Counted from the first letter of the stretch, positions 39,055-49,268 are shown. The stretch: 64,000 bases of DNA from an uncultured Desulfospira sp. (GCA_963663165.1 OY760175.1:2336001-2400000), one strand, 5' to 3'. The notes: generated by a model from the sequence alone, not told the origin. Numbers and translations are program-made.

Positions 39055-39827
39055 AGCCCATTGCCATAGGCGCGCGGCTCCAGGAATGCCCCCAAATCCT
39101 GACCCTGGGATTCAAGCCCGATTTCTTGAGCTACACGCCCGAAGAAAGGGAACTGCTGCTGGCCGCCCCTAAAATTTTTTATCCCACGGCATTTTATGCA
39201 GACCTTTTCAATGCCATGGGCAAACCCACTTTCCCAAGCTACCACACCTATAAGTTCGCCCAGGATAAAATACGGCAGACCGCCATGTTTCAAATGCGGG
39301 GCATCCCCCATCCCCGGACACGGGTGTTTTTTGCCAGGAAAACGGCCCAACAGAAAATCGGCCGCCTTTTTTCATTTCCCTTTATCGCCAAGATCCCCAG
39401 GGGCTCGGCCCAGGGCCGGGGGGTATTTTTGATCCAGTCTGCCCAGGACCTGGACGATTACCTTTCCCTTAAAGGCCCCTTCTATATCCAGGAATACCTT
39501 CCCTGTGACCGGGACATGCGCATTATCGTCATGGGCGGCCAGGCCGTGCTGTCCTATTGGCGGATCTCACAGGGCAACAGTTTTAAAACCAATGTTTCCC
39601 AGGGCGGGGCCATCCACTTTGCCCCCATCCCCAGACCCGCCTTAGACCTTGCCCTTACCACGGCAAGGCTTTGCGGATGGGATGATGTGGGCATTGACGT
39701 CATCCAGTCCGGCAACAAATTTTATGTGTTAGAGGGAAACATGAAATACGGCACCCGGGGATTTCAGAAAGCCGGCATTGATTATAAGCAGTTTCTTTGC
39801 CAGCTGATCCTGAAAGGACGGGTTTAA
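39051..39827 (+). CDS. RimK-like ATP-grasp ligase
   Basis: FPFIAK...GSAQGRGVFLI, YIQEYL, DMRI, FKTNVSQGG, GIDVI, VLEGN. Confidence 0.88.
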   Translation: MKPIAIGARLQECPQILTLGFKPDFLSYTPEERELLLAAPKIFYPTAFYADLFNAMGKPTFPSYHTYKFAQDKIRQTAMFQMRGIPHPRTRVFFARKTAQQKIGRLFSFPFIAKIPRGSAQGRGVFLIQSAQDLDDYLSLKGPFYIQEYLPCDRDMRIIVMGGQAVLSYWRISQGNSFKTNVSQGGAIHFAPIPRPALDLALTTARLCGWDDVGIDVIQSGNKFYVLEGNMKYGTRGFQKAGIDYKQFLCQLILKGRV

Positions 39828-39886
39828 ACTGGGGGACCTGGGATCTGGGACTTGGGGGGCTTTCGGATGATCCTGATAGGAAGGGT

Positions 39887-40441
39887 TCAAAATATCCCGG
39901 CGTCCTGCTCATCTTCTTCCCATTCTTTAAGATAGGCCCTGGTCACTGCATATTTTGATTTTCCGGCGGGTTTTAACAGCACATACCCCATTTTTTCAAG
40001 GTCTTCTTCCAGAAGGCTGAAAAATCCCTGTTCAATTTTTTCGGCCTCAGGCAGATCCGGGTCTATAGCATCCCCCATGGCCTGAACCTGTTCCTTAACC
40101 GCCAGGGTCAGGTACCCTTCAGGAACAAACGCCCGGCATTCCATGGCATTCCACTGTTCGGGGAAATTTTTTATTTTCCACGGAATCATGTTGCCGGGCC
40201 TTAAGATATCTTTTTTTTTCGGGTTGAACGCCGCCTCCGCAATGGCGATTTTTTGGCCGGTCTGCATCAGCGCCTTTAACAGGCCTTTGATATCATTGCC
40301 GAAAATCCACTCTTCGGGTTCCAGGAGAACCGGCGGATACTCGGCACTGGTCAGGGCATACCGGAACGGCCCCTGGTCTTTCCAGAATTTTTTAAACTCG
40401 GCACAATGGGTCAGGACACGCCGGGGGAACTCCTCTGTCAT
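39887..40441 (-). CDS. Hypothetical protein
   Basis: Long ORF with SD (AAGGA), in an apparent operon with the TerB-like gene. Confidence 0.65.
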   Translation of the reverse strand: MTEEFPRRVLTHCAEFKKFWKDQGPFRYALTSAEYPPVLLEPEEWIFGNDIKGLLKALMQTGQKIAIAEAAFNPKKKDILRPGNMIPWKIKNFPEQWNAMECRAFVPEGYLTLAVKEQVQAMGDAIDPDLPEAEKIEQGFFSLLEEDLEKMGYVLLKPAGKSKYAVTRAYLKEWEEDEQDAGIF

Positions 40442-40451
40442 GGTTCTTTCC

Positions 40452-40907
40452 TTAAGACTTTGACAGCTGTTTTCGGGCCAGAAGTTTGGCATCAATCAGA
40501 TCGCTGTGGCTTAAATTCAACAGGTCCGCGAGCCTGTGGGCAAAGTGGTCTTCGTGGGCTTCCAACTCCCCGTCCAGGAGAATAACCCGCCAGACCGAGG
40601 TCATCAGGTCAATCTTTTGCTTCTCGCTGAACTGTTCGTTTAAAAACCGGGTATACCTGAAAAAGTTGACATGTTCCTTTCGCTCTTTATCCCGTTCGGC
40701 CAGCAGGTCATCAATCTCCTGGGGCGGCACCCGGTAGTTGGTTTCAAGGGTTTTGACCAGGTGGGCCTTTTCTTGTTTGCTGCACTGCCCGTCGGCAAAG
40801 GCCGCATCAAACAGCAGAACCGCCAGGGCCAGTTCAACGGAAAGGCTGTCCTGCTCGGGCAACTGGGTTTGATCGCCGCTGATAATCTTTTTGATATATT
40901 CAAACAT
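40452..40907 (-). CDS. TerB family protein
   Basis: AAFADG...E...WRVILLDGELEAHED. Confidence 0.85.
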   Translation of the reverse strand: MFEYIKKIISGDQTQLPEQDSLSVELALAVLLFDAAFADGQCSKQEKAHLVKTLETNYRVPPQEIDDLLAERDKERKEHVNFFRYTRFLNEQFSEKQKIDLMTSVWRVILLDGELEAHEDHFAHRLADLLNLSHSDLIDAKLLARKQLSKS

Positions 40908-41340
40908 GTGGTGTTAAAATCCTTTTTATCCTGAAACCGGCCGGATCAGGGGTCCGGTGTCTTGACGGCCATTGCATATATATAATGTCAGGATATTCTG
41001 CGGTACCTTCGGGATTGGTATATGGCATTTGAACCTTGATAAATTTTTGTGGCGAAGCGATACCATATGCAGTGCAGGTCCAATACCAACCGTTTGGTAC
41101 GCGGGTAAAAAAATAATGTTATCCTGGTCAAGACCGACATCGCCGTCAACCTTGCCTGTTCCGTCATGATAGCCCTGGGAAATGGCACCATCCCAAGTTC
41201 CGGGCGTGATATTCCGGGCCCCGGCATTATTCATGGCCCCGGTCTGTGCCCCCCAGTTTCCCGAGGGTTTTCCCCCAGTATGTTTTGCCGGAGAGTACAT
41301 CTGCAGGGTCTGCACCGCCGGTGTCTTCTTTTTCAGGCAT

Positions 41341-41457
41341 TTTTTTATATGAAAGACTCACTAACAAGCTGAAAAAACTTTCATTTTTCGTTGTGGGCGG
41401 TGCTTGGTTGGATAACCAAGACGGCCCGGTTTCTGCCCTTTAGGGTATGGCCGTTAT
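41341..41457 (+). repeat. Structured dispersed repeat, copy 1
   Basis: GAAAGACTC...ACTTTC, then GTTGTGGGCGGTGCTTGGTTGGATAACCAAG... Confidence 0.85.
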
Positions 41458-41662
41458 TAGAAATTTTCATACAAAGACTCCCCATTCTTTTCAGTCTGGC
41501 TGACCCTCTGGAACAACGCCCTTTCTTGTCTTCTTTGTTGGGAAAATCTGTCATAAAAAAACAGGAAAAGCAAGCAGATCTCTTTATCTGATCATTGGTA
41601 AATACGGTTTCCATGGTATTTTTGCCGCCGGAGTGTCCAGCTGTTTTCCTTAAGCTGCCTGG

Positions 41663-41783
41663 ATTTTTTTTTAGATGAAAGTCTCAGTAACGTCCTGAGA
41701 AAACTTTCAATATTTGTTGTGGGCGGTGCTTGGTTGGATAACCAAGGCGGCCCGGTTTCTGCCCTTTAGGGTATGGCCGTTAT
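41663..41783 (+). repeat. Structured dispersed repeat, copy 2
   Basis: The core differs from copy 1 at one position over about 68 bp. Confidence 0.85.
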
Positions 41784-41859
41784 ATGGATTTCTTGACAAA
41801 ACAGGATGTTCCATATCTATTTTAGCTGACTTTCTTACCCATAAGGACGGATCATACCG

Positions 41860-42738
41860 TTATGATGAAGAAAAACGCCCTAAAAAATCACCGACAGCCT
41901 GTCTCACCTGTGCATTATGGGTAAAAATCGTCATGTGTTCGCCTCTTTGGGCAAGGCACAGTGTGCTGTTGGGCAGCCGCTTGGAAAGGGTTTTCCCATG
42001 AGCCTCAAAGGGAACAATGGGGTCGTGGGTGCCGTGGACTACAAGGGTGGGCGTTTCAATACGCTCAAGCGGGTACCCGGTTGTCCGGGTGATCCTTATG
42101 TCATTCATTGTGCCGGGCATGCGCTTTGCCATCTGGTCAAAACCGGCATGGGTCAGTTCCTGGAAAAAGGCCATCATTTTCGGATCGTTGAGCATCTTTT
42201 CAGCCAGATCAGGGAAGGTGACGGATCTTCTCAGGGATTTGTCCATATTTTGATCAAATTTTTTTCTCATCTGTTTTACAAGCCAGGGAACCCGTGCGGC
42301 CAGCCGCATGATATGGAAGGCCCTGGGCACAGGCTGGGTAATCTTCTGGCCGGCTGTGGAACATAAAATCAGGGCCCGGCAGCGTTCGGGATGGCCAAGG
42401 GCAAAGGCCAGCGCTGAATAGCCGCCCCCGGAGATGGCCATAATTATCACCTTTTCCAGGCCCAGTGTATCGAGCAGGGCTGCAATCAGGTCTGCCTGGG
42501 CCTTTGGGGTTTTTCTGCCCTTAAGTGCGGTTTGAAGGTAGCCCGGCCTTGAGACGGCGATATAGTTGTAGTTCGAAGGGCCCACAGCCCGGCCAAGAAT
42601 GTCTGACTGTTCATAGCCGCCCATGGCACCGTGGATGGTTACGATGGTTTGGGCCTTTGGTATTCCTTCCCGGGTTCGGTGCCGGTATTCAATGGGCCCA
42701 AGGGCTGTCCGGGCAATACAAGATCTGTTTTTAGTCAT
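41860..42738 (-). CDS. Alpha/beta hydrolase
   Basis: IHGAMGG, SRPGY, AISGGG nucleophile elbow, HGTHDPIVP, GEH. Confidence 0.9.
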   Translation of the reverse strand: MTKNRSCIARTALGPIEYRHRTREGIPKAQTIVTIHGAMGGYEQSDILGRAVGPSNYNYIAVSRPGYLQTALKGRKTPKAQADLIAALLDTLGLEKVIIMAISGGGYSALAFALGHPERCRALILCSTAGQKITQPVPRAFHIMRLAARVPWLVKQMRKKFDQNMDKSLRRSVTFPDLAEKMLNDPKMMAFFQELTHAGFDQMAKRMPGTMNDIRITRTTGYPLERIETPTLVVHGTHDPIVPFEAHGKTLSKRLPNSTLCLAQRGEHMTIFTHNAQVRQAVGDFLGRFSSS

Positions 42739-43354
42739 CCGTATCCTTCTTTCCTGTTAAAAACATATGGTAGAGCAGCTCAAGGGCGGGCTGCATTGCA
42801 TTTTTCCCGTACATCACCTGATGCTGGGCCATGCCGTTGATGTTGACCCAGAAGAAAAAAGCAAGGTCCCTGGGATTTCCAGGCCGGACCGTTCCCTTTT
42901 GCTGGCCCTGTGCCATGATTTCTGCCATCACCTCATAGGGGATGCGGCGTTTGGCCTCAAGCAGCCGGGCTGCCTTTTCCGGGATATTGTCTGCGGCAAT
43001 GGCCTGGGTGACAAACAGATGATAGCGGCCGGCATCCGGCCGGGTGCGGATGGTTTCCACAAGGGCATCAATGGCGTATTTGATTTTGTCATGGGGTGGA
43101 AGGGGCAGGGCAGCCAGGTGCAGGCAGGCCTTTTCAAGGCGGTCTAAGGCAATGCGGATCAGTTCCGTATAAATGGCCTCTTTTGACGGGAAATAGTGGT
43201 AGATCAACCCGTTTGACATGCCGGTGTGTCTTGCAATATCACTGATTTTTGTCCCTGGGGCACCATTGAGTGAAAAAAGTTCAAGGGCACCGGACAAAAT
43301 TTTTTCCCGTCTTGCTTCCTTAACCTTTTCGTTTGCCTCTTTATTTCTTCCCAT
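42731..43354 (-). CDS. TetR/AcrR family regulator
   Basis: RREKILSGALELF...DIARHTGMSNGLIYHYFPSKE. Confidence 0.92.
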   Translation of the reverse strand: MGRNKEANEKVKEARREKILSGALELFSLNGAPGTKISDIARHTGMSNGLIYHYFPSKEAIYTELIRIALDRLEKACLHLAALPLPPHDKIKYAIDALVETIRTRPDAGRYHLFVTQAIAADNIPEKAARLLEAKRRIPYEVMAEIMAQGQQKGTVRPGNPRDLAFFFWVNINGMAQHQVMYGKNAMQPALELLYHMFLTGKKDTDD

Positions 43355-43413
43355 AAGCCGCTTTTTTCTTCCAGCATCCTTAAAGTGTACTTTTGGCCGG
43401 GGTTTTAACACTG

Positions 43414-43431
43414 ATTGAATATTTATTCAAT
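43414..43431. promoter_or_regulatory. Probable TetR operator
   Basis: Perfect palindrome ATTGAATA-tt-TATTCAAT upstream of the TetR gene. Confidence 0.6.
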
Positions 43432-43838
43432 GAAAAAAATACAGGAAGATTCCATTTTCAGGCGGCATCTTGACAAATGATTCCAATGGATGATAATTCA
43501 GCCGCAAACTCAATACAATTATCAAAGGATTTTTTTGAACCCATTCGTATTGGATATTGTGCCGCACGCTGCCGATCAGGACACAGTTTAGAAAAAATCA
43601 GTGGCGGTATACTGCCAAAGCGCATTTATCTTAAGTGCGCCGGATACCGGGACGTAAAGGTCTTGAGAGCCCTGGAATACCCAATAGACGGGCTTGGGGC
43701 CTGTGCATTTTTCCGGTGAGTTGTTCCCATCCGCAGACCGCTTTATTGCGTTAGACATTTTAACTAAAAATCAGCCGGTTCTATTGTGTTGTGCATTATT
43801 GCCCGCATACAGTTAAATTAAATTTAGAGGAAATCCAA

Positions 43839-44384
43839 TTGGAAATAAGAAAATCTCATGATTCAGACAGGTTGAATATTCAACAAATTCATACAGAGGC
43901 GTTTGGCAGAATCAAAGGTCCTGAAATCGCCAATCTTGTTAACGGACTTTTTGAGGACAAAACAGCTGAACCCCGGCTCTCTTTAGTGGCCCTGGAAAAA
44001 GGAGAGCTGACAGGACACATCCTTTTTTCAAAGGTCACGCTGCTTAAAAGCCCGCATCCGGTATCGGCAAGTATTCTGGCACCCCTTGCCGTGCTTCCCG
44101 GTTCCCAGTCGGCAGGGGTTGGCAAGGCATTGATCAAGGAGGGCCTTTTTCAGTTGAAACAGGCCGGGGTGGACCTGGTTTTTGTTCTGGGACACCCGGA
44201 TTATTATCCGCATTCAGGCTTTACGCCGGCAGGCGTCCTGGGTTTTGAGGCCCCTTATCCGATCCCCAAAAAAGATGCCGGTGCCTGGATGGTCACCGCC
44301 CTTTTTCCGGATGTCCTGGGCAGGGCAAAAGGACGGGTGAGATGTGCCCAAGTCCTTAACCGGCCCGAACACTGGCGGGAATAG
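43839..44384 (+). CDS. GNAT N-acetyltransferase (YhbS-like)
   Basis: GHILFS, LAPLAVLP..Q..GVG, FVLGHPDYY..GF. Confidence 0.9.
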   Translation: MEIRKSHDSDRLNIQQIHTEAFGRIKGPEIANLVNGLFEDKTAEPRLSLVALEKGELTGHILFSKVTLLKSPHPVSASILAPLAVLPGSQSAGVGKALIKEGLFQLKQAGVDLVFVLGHPDYYPHSGFTPAGVLGFEAPYPIPKKDAGAWMVTALFPDVLGRAKGRVRCAQVLNRPEHWRE

Positions 44385-44590
44385 CGGCCTTTTTATAGGT
44401 AGGCAATTTCCCGATGCAGGGCAATCGCATGTAAAATAATTATCCATGATGATTTTTATTTGCATATGCATTCAAGGTCCGCCCCTCTGTGTAATTTGGC
44501 GAAAGCCAAACCTCTGTGCCCCCGGTGGTTTAAAAACATGAAATCCCGAAGGGATTGAATTGTTCTTCGTTAACCTCCCAGTTTTTATAA

Positions 44591-44683
44591 CCGTCACGGA
44601 CGGCTTGGATTATCCAACCAAGCACCGTCCACAACGAAAAATGAAAGTCTTTTCAGCTTGTTAGTGAGACTTTCTTATAAAAA
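44591..44683 (-). repeat. Structured dispersed repeat, copy 3 (inverted)
   Basis: Reverse complement reads GAAAGTCTCACTAACAAGCTGAAAAGACTTTCATTTTTCGTTGTGGACGGTGCTTGGTTGGATAATCCAAGCCGTCC. Confidence 0.85.
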
Positions 44684-44842
44684 TTGTGGGCTTTGCCCGC
44701 TCTTTAAATTTAACCACAGAGGGGCACCCTATTTTATCGCCATGGGTGGTGGCGGCCATGACCTTCGGTAACAGCGCGTCACCCCTTTGCGCCGCTAAAA
44801 ATTGCGGTGGTCCGGGACCCTTACCGGGTCCCGGGTGCAGCA

Positions 44843-47188
44843 TCACCTGCGGTTTGGGGGTCCAAAAGCATTGAGGGCCCGGATCAGAACCGGGGTGACA
44901 AAGTAATCGGAAAGCAGGGCCGTCATAATTCCGGTTCCGGTAAGAATTCCCATGAAGATGAGAACGTTGGCAGGGGAACTTAAGTAGACGCTGAAATTGG
45001 CCGTCAGGATCAGGGAGGTAAACAGCAACGGAATCCCGATGGCGGCAAAGGTATGCCGGATGGCTTTGGGATAATCTTTTTCCCGTTCAAAGGCCAGTTT
45101 GGCATGGTTGATAAAATGGATGGTATCATCCACAGCAAGGCCTAAAAGCATGGGCATAATGGTGATGGTCATCATATCCAGGGGGACTTTCATCCATCCC
45201 ATGATCCCGCCCACGGCCAGGGCCGGGGTGATGTTGGGGATCATGGCGATCAGCCCGACTTTAAAACTGCCAAAGACCAGGACCATAAAAAAGGTGATCA
45301 CACAGACGGCAATCAGAAAAGAGGTCAGCTGTCCCTTGGAGACAATATCCTGCATTACCGTAAACCGGGGCATGGAACCGGCCAGGGTCACTGTGGCGTC
45401 AGGGAAAAATAAGGCCGCCTGTTGAGAAATATTGTTGAGTTCCCGGTATGCCTCAAGGGTGTTATAGTCTTTTAAATCCACGGTCATCCGCAGCCGCCGG
45501 TATTCGTAATCAATCCATTTTTCAGCCTCCCTGCCCCCGGCATTTTCATAAAGGAGCATGATCTGGGCCACCATTTCGCGGGTGTCGGGAATGGCATAAA
45601 ATTCTGGATGCCCGTTGTTTAAGACCTGGTTCATGTCCTTGATAATTTCGGTAATGGAGGTCACCTTTTTGGTCAGCGCATAGCCGGTCACCTCCTGCTC
45701 GAGCAGGTCCAGTTTTTTTAAGTTTTCAGGTTCCCTTGCCAGGTTCTCTTTGGGGAACTCCACCACCAGGTCATAAGAGTAAAGGGACCCTAAAGGCGAC
45801 CGGCAGACCTGGTCCAGCCGGTTGACGTAGGGCACCTTAAGCCCCATATTCCTGCGGATGTCAAAGTTGACCTCAAAATGGCGCAGCCCGATCACAGCCG
45901 TCACCATGACCAGGACAAATACAACCAGGATGGGAACGGGTTTTGCCAGGACAAGGTCTGCCAGCCTTGATAACAGATTTTCCAAAAATGCGTTGGAACG
46001 TAGCCGGATCGTCTTTTTTTCGGCACGGTCCTTACCAAAAGACAGCAGGGCCGGAATCATAATGATGACCATAAAAAAAATAACCGTGACCAGAAGGGAC
46101 GTGGCAGACCCGATCCAGCGCACGGGTTTGACATCCACAAAGTAAAAGGAAAAAAGAGCGCCCACCGTGGTCAGTGCCGTAAACAAAATGGGCCATCCGG
46201 TTTCCTTGACGGCGTAACAAACCGAATCCTTTCTTTTTCCCGTGGCCATAAATTTTTTGTTGAAAAAGGAAAAAACATGGATGGAATACCCGATGGATAC
46301 GGCAATGCCAAGGTAAAGAGGGACCATGATCATGCCGATGTCTATGGGTTTTCCGGCCCAGCCCAGAATGCCGAAGGTCAGGATCACCGACCCTGCCGTG
46401 ACCATGACGGTCACGGCAATTGCCCTGATGGACCGTAAGGCCAGGGAAAGGACAATAAGGGACACGATCAGGGACAGGCCCATGGTTCTTGACATCTCTT
46501 TTTTAAAAAACGCGGTTTTATCATAGGCAAGGACGGGCATGCCCGAAGATCTGGGGGTTAATGGGGCATACTTGTCCTGGCGGATGATGGAAGCCGCTGT
46601 CCGGCCCACCACAATTTCAGCGGATTGATTGTCCTTGCTTCGCCAGCCTTCGGGATAGGGGGTCAGCCTCAGGATGATCCATGAATACCGCCCATCCCCT
46701 GAAATCAATTTGCCGTTCAGCAGGTTCCTGGACAGGATCTGCTCCCGGATGCGGGCCAGGGCGGCAGGATCATGGGGGATGGGGTCCGGCACAGGCGAGA
46801 TGATCTCAATGCCCCCTGCATCACCTAAGGAAAATTCGCAGTCGGTAATGGACATAACCTCATCGGCAAAGGGGACATTGGCCATAAGCTCTTTTCCCAA
46901 TTCCCGGATCAGGGCCAGGGTGCCCGGATCAAACATGGTATCGGATTCCACCAGAATTCCGACATAGTCGTTGTTGCCGAAAATTTCCTTGAATTCGTCC
47001 TCGGCCATCTGCAGGGTTGAATTATCTAAAAGCCATTTGTCCCAGCCCGCATCGGTCCGGATCTTTTTAAGGCCCGTAAATCCGAATATCAGGGCCAGAA
47101 CAAACACCAGAACAGCCATATAGCGCAACCGGATAATTTGGGTACCAAAGGCTTCAAATATCCGGTTGATTCTATTGATATTGATCAT
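44843..47188 (-). CDS. MMPL/RND family transporter
   Basis: Duplicated TM blocks with large loops; GLAVDDTIH; TALTT. Confidence 0.9.
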   Translation of the reverse strand: MININRINRIFEAFGTQIIRLRYMAVLVFVLALIFGFTGLKKIRTDAGWDKWLLDNSTLQMAEDEFKEIFGNNDYVGILVESDTMFDPGTLALIRELGKELMANVPFADEVMSITDCEFSLGDAGGIEIISPVPDPIPHDPAALARIREQILSRNLLNGKLISGDGRYSWIILRLTPYPEGWRSKDNQSAEIVVGRTAASIIRQDKYAPLTPRSSGMPVLAYDKTAFFKKEMSRTMGLSLIVSLIVLSLALRSIRAIAVTVMVTAGSVILTFGILGWAGKPIDIGMIMVPLYLGIAVSIGYSIHVFSFFNKKFMATGKRKDSVCYAVKETGWPILFTALTTVGALFSFYFVDVKPVRWIGSATSLLVTVIFFMVIIMIPALLSFGKDRAEKKTIRLRSNAFLENLLSRLADLVLAKPVPILVVFVLVMVTAVIGLRHFEVNFDIRRNMGLKVPYVNRLDQVCRSPLGSLYSYDLVVEFPKENLAREPENLKKLDLLEQEVTGYALTKKVTSITEIIKDMNQVLNNGHPEFYAIPDTREMVAQIMLLYENAGGREAEKWIDYEYRRLRMTVDLKDYNTLEAYRELNNISQQAALFFPDATVTLAGSMPRFTVMQDIVSKGQLTSFLIAVCVITFFMVLVFGSFKVGLIAMIPNITPALAVGGIMGWMKVPLDMMTITIMPMLLGLAVDDTIHFINHAKLAFEREKDYPKAIRHTFAAIGIPLLFTSLILTANFSVYLSSPANVLIFMGILTGTGIMTALLSDYFVTPVLIRALNAFGPPNRR

Positions 47189-47198
47189 AATTCATCCT

Positions 47199-48404
47199 TT
47201 AAAAATGGTAGGTGATCTTGGTCCAGACCTGGGTATTGTCTTTATACCGGCCGTATGTCCCCTGCCTGTCTCCGGAAAAGATGTCGGTTCCCACAAAAAA
47301 TTCCAGGTTGTCCATGAACCGGTATTCGGCGGTCAGCCGGATCAGGCTATCGTTTACGTCAACATCCCGGAATACTGAACCCGATAAGGTCAGCTTTTCG
47401 CGAAACAGATCCTTTGACAGGCTCAGGGTAAGGGTTCTGGTGCAAAAGGCCTGTGCCAGTCCGGTTCCGGAATTAAGGATGTGGTCCTGGGCATACTGTC
47501 CGGACAAAGTCCAGTTTCCCCCGGGATACCAGTCAAGGCCGGCCAGCCATTTAATCCGGTCCTTTTGGGCCGTAAAGTAACCGGTCTTAACCCCTTGAAC
47601 CAGGCTGCCCATGAAAAAGGCGGCCTCAGCCCTTAAGACGAATTCTCCCAAGGGTTTTGAAAATTCGGCTCCCAGGATATGAACCCGGTCGAACACCAGT
47701 TCCAGGGCATTGCCCTTTTGCCGGTATCCGGGAAAATCATTCCAGGTATAAAAATAGGAAAACGCAAGGTCCATTCCGGACAGGTAAAGGGCGTATCGTA
47801 CGGCAAGTTCGGCGTCCCTGACGGGATCATCCGGTTCATTTCCCGAAAGCACCGTGTTGTTCCCAAACCCGCCCAGATACCAGGGGCTGTCTTTGCCGGG
47901 TTGTTCCCCTGATCTATAAACCGGGATAAAGATCAGCTGAAGATCCCCCCGCAACGAAGCAACCTTAAGGTTCAGGGCATCCACGGCCATGCGCATTTCA
48001 TCAAAATCCCGGGTAATGGTTTCCGAGTAATCCAGGGGCGAGATATTGTCCACAATCCGGATGCCGTCGGCCTGGCCCCAGATGATGATCTGGCGGCCGG
48101 CCCTGAGGGTTGCGCTGCCCAAGACATAATCCAGGTAGCCCTCATGGAGGCGGATTCCGCCCTCATCTTCCAGAAGATGGTTTTCAGAAAAGTTGACGGC
48201 GCCAAAAGCGGTCAGGTTCCCGTGGTAGACGGTAATTTCCGGCCGGGCCAGGGTTTCCGATGCCAGGGTGTCGTGGGGCGCACTGACCTGAAAATTATGC
48301 CGGGTTTCCACAAATCCGGTCAACGCCATTTCCATGGCCCCAAGAAAACCCGGGGCCAGTAAAAGAATTTCCATCAGCAGAACCGCCGCAAAGGGACGGT
48401 TCAT
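47199..48404 (-). CDS. Outer-membrane beta-barrel (DUF1302-like)
   Basis: Signal peptide, GRQIIIWGQADG, C-terminal YHF; between the LolA-like and MMPL genes. Confidence 0.7.
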   Translation of the reverse strand: MNRPFAAVLLMEILLLAPGFLGAMEMALTGFVETRHNFQVSAPHDTLASETLARPEITVYHGNLTAFGAVNFSENHLLEDEGGIRLHEGYLDYVLGSATLRAGRQIIIWGQADGIRIVDNISPLDYSETITRDFDEMRMAVDALNLKVASLRGDLQLIFIPVYRSGEQPGKDSPWYLGGFGNNTVLSGNEPDDPVRDAELAVRYALYLSGMDLAFSYFYTWNDFPGYRQKGNALELVFDRVHILGAEFSKPLGEFVLRAEAAFFMGSLVQGVKTGYFTAQKDRIKWLAGLDWYPGGNWTLSGQYAQDHILNSGTGLAQAFCTRTLTLSLSKDLFREKLTLSGSVFRDVDVNDSLIRLTAEYRFMDNLEFFVGTDIFSGDRQGTYGRYKDNTQVWTKITYHF

Positions 48405-49228
48405 CTCAAATGGCCCCGGGAAATGGTGTTGACGCTGAAAAAGGCGTCATCCACCCCGGTGTTGTAAGAGACCTGGGACAGGGTCATCAGGGTGGTGTGT
48501 TTTTCCCTGTGGTTTTCCATCTTCATTTTGAAAACGGTCCAAAACCCCTGGTGCCGGCGCAGGTCTTCCACGGTGTAGGTCTTGATCAGGCCCTGGGCAT
48601 CAAAATATTGCGCTTTTACCGTTTTATGGGCCTTTTGGGAGACCCAGATCATTTTTTCGTCATAGGCCGCGTCTTTTTTTCTTGGCACGGATTTGATTTT
48701 CCAGCAGGTGTCATTGTTTACGGCCTCTTCTCCTAGGAGGGTATGGTCATCCTCGTCCACATGCCGGTCTCCCATATCGTCGTATGTAAAGTCCGATCCC
48801 ATGAAATAGTCGTTGGTGGATGCGCCCGAAATCCGGCGAACCTTTCTTAAGGCAGGCATATAAAGCCATTTGTCATCGTCCCTTTCCGGGTCATCATACT
48901 CCCAGGACAAAAAGGCCGTGCCCTTGATATCCATGGGTTTTTTAAAGGCCATCAGTTTTTTGGTGTCTTTGCCATAATCTTTTCCAAAGGATGACATCAC
49001 CCGGACCCTTTTTTTGCCCCGGCGGTTGATCAGAACCATTTCAATGGTGGATTTTCGGTCATCCCCGTCCGGGGCCTCATCCACCATGACCATGACCTCC
49101 CGCCCCGTAAGGGTTTGCGCCCATGCAGAACCGGCCAAATACACACTTGCGCCGGCATAGAACATCACAGCAGCCCCAAAAGAAACCAAAAGATAAAAAT
49201 CAACCCTTCTGGCCAGCTGGTTTAACAT
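48401..49228 (-). CDS. LolA-like outer membrane lipoprotein-sorting protein
   Basis: P.DIKGTAFL, WLYMPALRKVRRI, FMGSDFTYDD. Confidence 0.88.
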   Translation of the reverse strand: MLNQLARRVDFYLLVSFGAAVMFYAGASVYLAGSAWAQTLTGREVMVMVDEAPDGDDRKSTIEMVLINRRGKKRVRVMSSFGKDYGKDTKKLMAFKKPMDIKGTAFLSWEYDDPERDDDKWLYMPALRKVRRISGASTNDYFMGSDFTYDDMGDRHVDEDDHTLLGEEAVNNDTCWKIKSVPRKKDAAYDEKMIWVSQKAHKTVKAQYFDAQGLIKTYTVEDLRRHQGFWTVFKMKMENHREKHTTLMTLSQVSYNTGVDDAFFSVNTISRGHLR

Positions 49229-49254
49229 GCTTCTTCCTTTAATTACGGTTAAAG

Positions 49255-49268
49255 TTAGACTCCTCTAA
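49255..49268. promoter_or_regulatory. TTAG-N6-CTAA box (DtxR/MntR-like)
   Basis: TTAGactcctCTAA upstream of the MMPL operon; near-matches at 54487, 61652 and 63489. Confidence 0.5.

Noticed and set aside
40926..41330. Short overlapping ORFs and an apparent TTGACG/TATAAT promoter
   Set aside because: No recognisable protein in any frame, and the -35/-10 spacing is only 13 bp.
41341..41783. Two direct repeats as a mini-CRISPR
   Set aside because: Units are over 100 bp with about 200 bp between them, and an inverted copy exists elsewhere.
43477..43719. 80 aa ORF faintly like a methyltransferase C-terminus
   Set aside because: The similarity is too weak to support by eye.
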